From positions 146,158 to 210,157 of the IMG/VR virus record IMGVR_UViG_3300009103_000001: a DNA stretch of 64,000 nt. The stretch is one strand, 5' to 3'. A model generated the notes under the pieces. That model searched no databases, was not told the DNA's origin, and was given only the letters and a program-made list of their open reading frames with translations. The position numbers and the translations under genes are program-made. Positions 46,468-53,786 of this stretch are shown here, piece by piece. Numbering within the stretch: the first letter of the stretch is position 1; each line of letters begins with the position of its first letter.

Positions 46468-46956
46468 ATGGCAGATTTGCTGATGAGGATGCCCGTACCG
46501 TATGAACCAAAGAAAAAGAATAGGTTTATATTTAGATTTCCTACACCACTTGGTATTCAAGAATGGTTTGTGGCATCAGGTTCAAGACCTAGCGTCACTA
46601 TAGAAGAAACTGAAATACAGTTTTTAAATACCTCAACTTTTGTTGCTGGTAGATTTACATGGGAGACAATTGATGTTACATTCCGTGACCCAATTGGTCC
46701 TTCAGCAGCTCAAGCCCTTATGGAATGGGTTCGTTTACACGCTGAATCTGTTACTGGTAGAATGGGTTACGCAGCTGGTTATAAAAAAGATGTAGAATTA
46801 GAATTACTAGACCCAACAGGTGTTGTAATCGAGAAATGGATTTTACAAGGTACTTTCTTAACTGGTGTTAACTTCAACGATTTAGATTACTCTTCAAGTG
46901 ATATAGCTGATATTAACGCTACACTTAGATTTGATAGAGCAGTACACGTATTCTAG
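46468..46956 (+). CDS. Tail tube protein (T4 gp19-like)
   Basis: EPKKKNRFIF, FVAGRFTWETIDVTFRDPI, WVRLHAES.TGRMGYAAGYKK and EKWILQG.F. Confidence 0.92.
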   Translation: MADLLMRMPVPYEPKKKNRFIFRFPTPLGIQEWFVASGSRPSVTIEETEIQFLNTSTFVAGRFTWETIDVTFRDPIGPSAAQALMEWVRLHAESVTGRMGYAAGYKKDVELELLDPTGVVIEKWILQGTFLTGVNFNDLDYSSSDIADINATLRFDRAVHVF

Positions 46957-46978
46957 TCTAATAAAAATACTAAAAATT

Positions 46979-47006
46979 ATCCTCTTTTTTTAAGAGGATT
47001 TTTTTT
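46979..47006 (+). terminator. Intrinsic terminator after the tube gene
   Basis: ATCCTCTT-TTTTT-AAGAGGAT followed by a T run. Confidence 0.7.
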
Positions 47007-47014
47007 GCCCAGAT

Positions 47015-47110
47015 TTAAAATATTGTCATTATATAAAATAGTTGTAAAGCAACAATTAGACCTAATGTTGCAGTAACTAATAATATAAAAGTTTTATTAT
47101 TGTTTTTCAT
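47015..47110 (-). CDS. Possible 31-aa single-pass membrane peptide
   Basis: MKNNNKTFILLVTATLGLIVALQLFYIMTIF; fills the gap between two terminators. Confidence 0.4.
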   Translation of the reverse strand: MKNNNKTFILLVTATLGLIVALQLFYIMTIF

Positions 47111-47124
47111 TTTTTTTAAGAATT

Positions 47125-47147
47125 AAAAAAGGGGGATACACCCCCTT
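47125..47147 (-). terminator. Intrinsic terminator of the peptidase gene
   Basis: Minus strand reads GGGGG-TGTAT-CCCCC-TTTTTT immediately after the stop. Confidence 0.8.
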
Positions 47148-47150
47148 AAT

Positions 47151-48176
47151 TTACCAATCGAATTTTATGTCATTTGGTGAGTCATAGTACCTCACTGAAT
47201 AACCACCATTAAAATCGTCATAATCCCACATGTCATCGAAATCATCATTAGATTCAAACCTAGTGATATCCTCTACAGTTTCATCGTCTTCGTCATCACC
47301 CAACCACTCAAAATCATCAACATAGTGTTGTTCTTCCGAATGATTTTCAGATATAGGAGTACGACCAAACATAGAGGACCATAGGTTTTTCTTTGGTTTA
47401 TCGGACCTAACATATTTAGCTTCACCTAAAACATCAACTATTTTAAGACCCAATTCGAAAGCGTTTTCAACATCCTCAACAAGGACATATTCACTTTTGG
47501 TGTGATACCTATAGTACCCCGCCGCTAAGTTAAGACAAGAGAAATCGAATTTTTCGATTAACTGCCATATGTCAGTGTAAGGATGTTTAGCCCAATCATT
47601 AATACCGTGTTCAAGTATTAAAGGGCTCACTTTCTTACCAAAGTCGGTGTCAACACCAAACAAGTCCTTACTCATTAGAGACATACTCATAGAGTTTCCC
47701 TCTGGGGAGTCGTATTGAATGGCGTAACCGACATCTTTGAAGAATTGTGGGTCCGCGTAACGAGAACCCAAACACCCAATCTCTTCTGATACAAAAAAGG
47801 CAGCTTTAACGTTGTCCAATTTGTCCAACATCTCAAGACAAAGAAAGACACCACACTTATCGTCACCACCGATACCCGATGGCTCCTTAGTTTCACTGTC
47901 AATTCCAGTCAAGGTTAACCTACCTTGTTTGTCACTAGATTCTACAACTTTTAGATTATGGTTGATGTGATGAACGGTATCAGTATGAGAAACAAAACAA
48001 GGATAAAACTCTGCCTCACCTTTTGTAACATACACATTATTGTGTCCATCGATTGTATAATCGAAGCCTTTCTCTTCCAAAACGTCCTTTAGGTATTGAA
48101 CCATAAGGTCTTCTTCCCTTGAATGTGTCGGAACAGAAAGAACCTCTTTTAATCTATTTAATTTACTTTCAGTCAT
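47151..48176 (-). CDS. M20/M28-like zinc peptidase
   Basis: SHTDTVH, GGDDKCGV, VSEEIG and YTD motifs; final YH. Confidence 0.8.
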   Translation of the reverse strand: MTESKLNRLKEVLSVPTHSREEDLMVQYLKDVLEEKGFDYTIDGHNNVYVTKGEAEFYPCFVSHTDTVHHINHNLKVVESSDKQGRLTLTGIDSETKEPSGIGGDDKCGVFLCLEMLDKLDNVKAAFFVSEEIGCLGSRYADPQFFKDVGYAIQYDSPEGNSMSMSLMSKDLFGVDTDFGKKVSPLILEHGINDWAKHPYTDIWQLIEKFDFSCLNLAAGYYRYHTKSEYVLVEDVENAFELGLKIVDVLGEAKYVRSDKPKKNLWSSMFGRTPISENHSEEQHYVDDFEWLGDDEDDETVEDITRFESNDDFDDMWDYDDFNGGYSVRYYDSPNDIKFDW

Positions 48177-48195
48177 AGTTTTTTAATTTATAATA

Positions 48196-48227
48196 CAAAT
48201 ATAGACATAATTTTTTTAATGGCCAAA
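48196..48227 (-). promoter_or_regulatory. Bacteroidota-type promoter TTTG-N20-TATATTTG upstream of the peptidase
   Basis: CAAATATA at 48196-48203 and CAAA at 48224-48227; 20-nt spacer. Confidence 0.75.
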
Positions 48228-48336
48228 TAATTATACAAAAAAAATCATTTTTTTCCTATTTATTATCACAAGCTTTACTTTATACTTAATATCTATAAAG
48301 TTATATTAATAACAAATATAAAAAAAAGTTTTTATA

Positions 48337-49092
48337 ATGTCTACAGAAAAAAATGAAATAAGTTTTGAAACGCCCTTTGATGTATTAGAATTACCATCAA
48401 AAGGTCTGTTATATCCAGGTCGACCAGAAACAGTTAAAGTTGAATATCTTACGGCCGCAGATGAAAATATTTTAACATCCCCAAATTTAATTAGAAGTGG
48501 TAAAGTTTTAGATGTTCTTTTAGAAAAAAAGATTAAAAGTACCGAAATACCAATGAAAGATATGTTAGTTGGTGATAGAAATGCTATTATGATTTGGTTA
48601 AGAGCGACAGGATATGGTGAAATGTATCCAGTTAGAATGGCTGACCCTATTACTGGTGAGGAATTTGAAACGGAAATAGATTTATCGAACTTAAAAACTA
48701 AGGAGTTGACAGCTCAACCAGATGAAAATGGTGAATTTAGTTTTGATTTACCAAGAAGTAAAAAGAAAGTTAAATTTAAACTTTTGACCGTTGGTGATGA
48801 AACTAGTATTGCTAAAAAATCGGAAATTAGAGGTAAAAACACACAAATTAGTAACGCTTTAACATATAGACTACAAGCACAAATTAAGGAAATTGATGGG
48901 AATAGAGACCCTAATGTGATATCAAGATTTGTAAATGTAATGCCAGCCTACGATTCACTTAAATTTAGAGAATATTCGGATGATATTGAACCAGGAATAG
49001 ATTTAGAGGTGGACGTGGAGGGTCCATCTGGCCCCTTTCGTAGTCCCTTTACAATTGGACTCAACTTTTTTTGGCCTAACGCCAGAGTATAG
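48337..49092 (+). CDS. Tail assembly chaperone / baseplate hub assembly protein (T4 gp26-like)
   Basis: LELPSKG..Y, LTAADENIL, GDRNAIMIWLRATGYG; located between tube and tape measure. Confidence 0.75.
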   Translation: MSTEKNEISFETPFDVLELPSKGLLYPGRPETVKVEYLTAADENILTSPNLIRSGKVLDVLLEKKIKSTEIPMKDMLVGDRNAIMIWLRATGYGEMYPVRMADPITGEEFETEIDLSNLKTKELTAQPDENGEFSFDLPRSKKKVKFKLLTVGDETSIAKKSEIRGKNTQISNALTYRLQAQIKEIDGNRDPNVISRFVNVMPAYDSLKFREYSDDIEPGIDLEVDVEGPSGPFRSPFTIGLNFFWPNARV

Positions 49093-49270
49093 AAAAAATT
49101 TAATAGAACAAATTTATTATATGGTTAAACATATGAACTTCGGTTATATCGAAGTTCAATACATGCCTGTATATGAAAGACGTGTTTATTTAGATATGTG
49201 GCAAAAAGAGATGGAAGAACAACATAAACAACATAAACAAGCCCAAGCTAAAAGTAGGCGTAAAAGGTAA
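49055..49270 (+). CDS. Short chaperone partner (gp51/gpT-like), probably a frameshift extension of the upstream gene
   Basis: Only a TTG start, inside the upstream gene; YMVKHMNF...MPVYERRVYL..W..E pattern; T7 run at the overlap. Confidence 0.6.
   Translation: MDSTFFGLTPEYRKNLIEQIYYMVKHMNFGYIEVQYMPVYERRVYLDMWQKEMEEQHKQHKQAQAKSRRKR
49066..49072 (+). other. Candidate programmed frameshift slippery site (T7)
   Basis: AAC TTT TTT TGG in frame 0 versus ACT TTT TTT GGC in the +1 frame. Confidence 0.55.
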
Positions 49271-49300
49271 TTAATGGATATTTATTAATAAAAACTTTTT

Positions 49301-51073
49301 ATGACCAAAAAATTAATGGATATTATAAAAGAAGATGTTCCTTCAGAACTTCAACAATATAAGAAACCATATGATAAAATGATGAAATCTGCGTCAGATG
49401 ACACAGAAATGGTTCAGGCAAAACTAAGAGGTAGTGATGATGATTTGGACTCCGCCGCATCTAAATTTGGCATGGGGTCTGGTTTAGATTTTTATCCATT
49501 AGTTTCCATGGAAAAACCCTTCAATACAGCATTTGAGGTTAAATTTGTTGGTGCTAAAATACCTGTTCATTGGAAGGGTGAAAAATCAGAAATAGAAGGT
49601 GATTCAGAGGTAGATTCGTTTAATGCGGTAATTTGGTTAGACCCAGAGTCTTTTAAAAAAGTTAAAGGTGGTTCTACAGATGATGAATACAAATTCAAAA
49701 TTGTTAAAATTGATAACAAAGAGTTAAATGATAATTATTTAATTTTTAGAGGTAATGAAATAAACATTACAGATAAAAGAGTAGGTAAGGTTACACCACA
49801 ATTAAGTACTAGTAAAAAATATAATATAAATATATCTATCGGTGATGATGAGGTTACTGGTGGAGATGGTGGTGATACTGAAGGTGGTGACGTTGATGTA
49901 CCAGAAGAAATAGCTAACGGTAGGAATAGAAATGAGATATTTAGATTGTTATTAAATAGGTTTGGTGGTTTTAATGGTTATGTTGTTCATGGTGATGGAT
50001 TTAAAAATATTGAGGACGCTAGAGCCTATGGTAGGTTATTAAAAGCTATAAAAGCCGGAAAAGAAGATGAGTCAAAGGCAAAAGAATTTAGAGATAAAGT
50101 TAATAGAGATTCATATGCTATGATGATTTCTAATCTTAGAAAATCATTTCCTAGTAATTTTTTATCAAAACTATCAAAAGCTTTTCCAGAGTTTAACATA
50201 ACTTTCAATAAAGAAAGTATTGGAGAAAATATTGTTAAACAAAATTTATTAGAAGAAGAAAATTCAGACAAATATAAAAGGTGGAATATTGTATTTCCTG
50301 GTAAGGTTGTTGGTGGTAAGTCTATAGATGCTTTGGATAAAAATATTATTAATTTTATGAAAGCCGTTAAAAAATGGTTTGCTGTGCCAATAGATTATAG
50401 AGGAAAAAAACAATCATATACAATAAATTATGATGAAGATAAGGTTAATAAATATTTTTCAACTTTTTATAGTAAAAAGGAGAGTATGCTATCTATTGGT
50501 AATATCTTGAATGAAATAGTTAAAGATAGATTACATGAAGATGATGAAAATATTGGAACTGATACAGAAAAAAAACAGAAAATAGAACCAAAAATACAAT
50601 TAATTTTTAATAAAATAGAAGTTAAAGGTATGAAACGTGGTGAACAAAATTATAGTGATGATGATTTTGATAGAACAGCAAAATCTTTATCAGGTGGTGG
50701 TAAAGTAGAATTAAAGATTTCAAATTTTGAATTTAAAGATTCTTTAGATAAGATTAAGGAAAAAGCTGAAAAATCTAGTAAAAATTTCAGTTCAGGAGAG
50801 GTAGAATCTTTTATAGATGTATTAAAAAACATGAATAATAATACTGTTGGTTTAAAATCCGATAGAGAAAATTTAATGTTAAATATTGGTAAAACTAAAC
50901 TAAATAAAAATATATGGTTAAACATACCTATTAAAGATAATGGGGGTGATTTAAATGTTTTACTTAAAAAATTAGGTAATGGTGATACCTTTATTAAATG
51001 TAGTATAGCTTATGCTGACCCATACGACCCATTCATTAAGGATGATATTGTTATTAAATTAAAGTTAAAATAA
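49301..51073 (+). CDS. Hypothetical protein with DIIKE leader, candidate internal head protein
   Basis: 590 aa; internal LLEEE, ILNE and LHE sites; shares a domain with the 44171-46411 protein. Confidence 0.7.
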   Translation: MTKKLMDIIKEDVPSELQQYKKPYDKMMKSASDDTEMVQAKLRGSDDDLDSAASKFGMGSGLDFYPLVSMEKPFNTAFEVKFVGAKIPVHWKGEKSEIEGDSEVDSFNAVIWLDPESFKKVKGGSTDDEYKFKIVKIDNKELNDNYLIFRGNEINITDKRVGKVTPQLSTSKKYNINISIGDDEVTGGDGGDTEGGDVDVPEEIANGRNRNEIFRLLLNRFGGFNGYVVHGDGFKNIEDARAYGRLLKAIKAGKEDESKAKEFRDKVNRDSYAMMISNLRKSFPSNFLSKLSKAFPEFNITFNKESIGENIVKQNLLEEENSDKYKRWNIVFPGKVVGGKSIDALDKNIINFMKAVKKWFAVPIDYRGKKQSYTINYDEDKVNKYFSTFYSKKESMLSIGNILNEIVKDRLHEDDENIGTDTEKKQKIEPKIQLIFNKIEVKGMKRGEQNYSDDDFDRTAKSLSGGGKVELKISNFEFKDSLDKIKEKAEKSSKNFSSGEVESFIDVLKNMNNNTVGLKSDRENLMLNIGKTKLNKNIWLNIPIKDNGGDLNVLLKKLGNGDTFIKCSIAYADPYDPFIKDDIVIKLKLK

Positions 51074-51080
51074 TTAACTT

Positions 51081-53675
51081 ATGGCAGAAAATTTAGACCC
51101 AAAAAACTTAGATAAGTTTGTTAAAAATATGAAAGCCGCTCAAGAATACTCTAAGGAGGTTAATGAGAGTTTTGCGGCGTGGGGTAGGTCTGCAGCTAAA
51201 ATAAAAGAATATAGTGACGCGATAAAAAATAGACAAAAAATTATTGCTGAACTACAAAATCAGATTGCTGACGCTACTGAGGAAGAAAAAGAACAGTTAG
51301 AAGCTCAGATAGCCTATGAACAAGAGAAGATAAAACTTAATCAAGAACAATTAAAATTATTAAAAAAACAACGTAGTACTTTAAAAACTTTAGCCAATGA
51401 AACAATAAGTTTCTTAGGTAAACAAGGTGGTTTAGTTAATAAAGTTGTCGATGGTTTTACTAAGATGGATGGTTCTGCTAGAAGAATTTCAGTAGAAATG
51501 GGTATGGGTACCCTTAGAATGAGCCAATTTCAAATGGCTTCAGCTCAAGCAGCACAACAATTAGAGTTAATTGGTATTGAAGCGGCTGGAGCGGCTGAAA
51601 TGATGAGTTCATATGCTGACGAGACTGGTAGACAAGTTATACTTGGTAAAACACAGTTGGTACAAATGGGGGCTTTATCAAAAAGAACTGGTATGGCTCA
51701 CACAGAAATGGCTGGGTTAGCTGGTCAAATGGAAAGTTTTGGTATTGGTGCTGATGATTCTGTTGAACTGATTAGTGAAATAGCTGATATGTCTGACAAA
51801 ATGGGTGTGAATACTGCTAAAGTAATTAAGAAAGTACAAGGTAACTTAAAATTAGTAAATAAACTTAGTTTTAAGGGTGGTATTAGAGGTATGGCCCAAA
51901 TGGCAGCTCATGCTGAAAAATATAAGATAAACATGGAAGAGGTGGCTGGTTTCGCTGAAAAAGTATTTAGACCTGAAGGTGCTATTGATGCAGCAGCTAA
52001 TCTACAAGTGTTAGGTGGTAGTTTAGCTAATATGGGTGACCCTTTTCAATTAATGTATCAGGCTAGGCATGCTCCTGAAGAATTGGCCAAGTCATTAACC
52101 AAAGCGGCTGCTCAATCCGCGGTATTTAATAAAACTACTGGTGAGTTTGAAGTTAATGCTTTAGAATTAGACAGGTTGAGGGAGGCTTCTGAAGCTACAG
52201 GTATGAGTATGGAAATGCTTGTTGGTGTGGCTAAACAGAGTGCTAAAATGAATATGTTTGAAGATGTTTTAAAGGTTGGTGGTGAAGATAAGGAGTTTCT
52301 ATCTTCAATTGCTGAAATGAAAGATGGTAAAGCCCAAATAGCTATTGATGTAGACCCTAAGACTGGTGAAAAACAATATGCAAAACTATCAGAACTTTCT
52401 GCTAGTGAACAAATGGCTGCGGCCAAAAGACTAAAAAAGGAAAAAGAGTCAAATGAAGAGGCGGCTAGAAGAGCACAAGCTTCAATGGAGTTAATGAGAA
52501 ATAGTATGAACGCTTTATTAGCCTCATTTTATCCAGTATTAGTACGATTAGATAAAACACTTAGACCATGGATTGAATGGTTTGTCGACCAAACATTATG
52601 GTTAGGTAGTATGATTAAAAAATATTTTTCACCTTTGGGTGCAGTATTAACCGCTTTCGCACTTAAGTTTGGTATTAAGATGGCCACATGGATTATGCGT
52701 GGTAGGTGGTTAGGTATGGGGTTCAATATGACAGCCGGTAAGGGTGGTATGTTAAGTAGGATGTTTGGTGGTAAAGGTGGTGGTGGACCAGTAACAAAAT
52801 CTGGTAAACCCGATATGAGGTTTAAAGCTAATAAAACAGCGATGGGCGGTCAATCAGCGAAAGGTTTAGGTGCGACAGGTAAAGCCGTAGGTGGTTTTTC
52901 AAGTGCTGTTGGTAGTGCTGCACAAATTATCGCAATAGCCGGAGCTTTGTGGATTTTATCAGACGCGATAGTTAAATTAGCCGAAATACCTTGGCCAAAC
53001 TTATTAATGGCAACAGGTGTTCTTCTTGCTTTGGGCGTTGGTTTAGCTATTTTTATGAATTTTATGGCTGGTTTAGGACTTAATCCAGCTGTGTGGTTAG
53101 GTGTCGCTTTATTATTAGCGGTTGGTGCGGCATTTATGATGTTAGGTGCAGCAATTTACTTCATATCGGCGGGTGTTGCTTTAATTGTAGAATCCTTTAC
53201 TGGTTTATTCAGTGTTATAAATGCTGATAATATTGGTGCTTTATTATTACTAGGTCCAGCTTTAGCTGGTATTGGTTTAGGTATGATGGTTTTAACCGCT
53301 TCATTGATTGGTTTTGGTTTAGCGTGGCTCATTGGTGGTTGGGCTTTTGAAGACATGGCAGAGTCTATTGGGGCTTTAGGTAATACAGATTTATCTGGTT
53401 TAGGTACTGCTGTCCAAGCGATAAATAATGTTGACATGAATAAAATCGAGGCTCTTAGAGATTTAGCTAGTGCATTATCACTATTTAGTTTATTTAGTGG
53501 TGGAGGTATTAAAATTGATTTCGGTGATTTAGATGTTAAAGGTAAGATTGATTTAGAAGGAGAAGGTGGCGGAAGAACTTCAACTGATTGGGTAGAAGAC
53601 CCAATATTTGTATCTAAATTAAAAGATTTAATTTGGGAAACAATGGAAGCTGATAAAACTGGCGGCAAGCCTTAA
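51081..53675 (+). CDS. Tape measure protein
   Basis: Ala/Gly-rich helical protein with coiled-coil N-terminus and hydrophobic C-terminal half; canonical position after the chaperones. Confidence 0.85.
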   Translation: MAENLDPKNLDKFVKNMKAAQEYSKEVNESFAAWGRSAAKIKEYSDAIKNRQKIIAELQNQIADATEEEKEQLEAQIAYEQEKIKLNQEQLKLLKKQRSTLKTLANETISFLGKQGGLVNKVVDGFTKMDGSARRISVEMGMGTLRMSQFQMASAQAAQQLELIGIEAAGAAEMMSSYADETGRQVILGKTQLVQMGALSKRTGMAHTEMAGLAGQMESFGIGADDSVELISEIADMSDKMGVNTAKVIKKVQGNLKLVNKLSFKGGIRGMAQMAAHAEKYKINMEEVAGFAEKVFRPEGAIDAAANLQVLGGSLANMGDPFQLMYQARHAPEELAKSLTKAAAQSAVFNKTTGEFEVNALELDRLREASEATGMSMEMLVGVAKQSAKMNMFEDVLKVGGEDKEFLSSIAEMKDGKAQIAIDVDPKTGEKQYAKLSELSASEQMAAAKRLKKEKESNEEAARRAQASMELMRNSMNALLASFYPVLVRLDKTLRPWIEWFVDQTLWLGSMIKKYFSPLGAVLTAFALKFGIKMATWIMRGRWLGMGFNMTAGKGGMLSRMFGGKGGGGPVTKSGKPDMRFKANKTAMGGQSAKGLGATGKAVGGFSSAVGSAAQIIAIAGALWILSDAIVKLAEIPWPNLLMATGVLLALGVGLAIFMNFMAGLGLNPAVWLGVALLLAVGAAFMMLGAAIYFISAGVALIVESFTGLFSVINADNIGALLLLGPALAGIGLGMMVLTASLIGFGLAWLIGGWAFEDMAESIGALGNTDLSGLGTAVQAINNVDMNKIEALRDLASALSLFSLFSGGGIKIDFGDLDVKGKIDLEGEGGGRTSTDWVEDPIFVSKLKDLIWETMEADKTGGKP

Positions 53676-53786
53676 TTATTATTTATTATTTATATTTTAT
53701 TATTAATCTATTTATTTAAAGCTGTTATGCGCATAAATTTCGTAAGTAAATTTAAATATGTAAATATTTATTAAAAAAGTATTTTT

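Noticed and set aside
576-48309. Possible second promoter class TTTA-N19/20-TATATTAA upstream of the GT, DUF3310 and gp26-like genes
   Set aside because: Made entirely of A/T, with only three cases; not distinguishable from background without statistics.
53725-53736. 12-bp palindrome TTATGCGCATAA upstream of the tube-initiator gene
   Set aside because: Short, single copy and unrelated to the 30-bp palindrome; could be chance.
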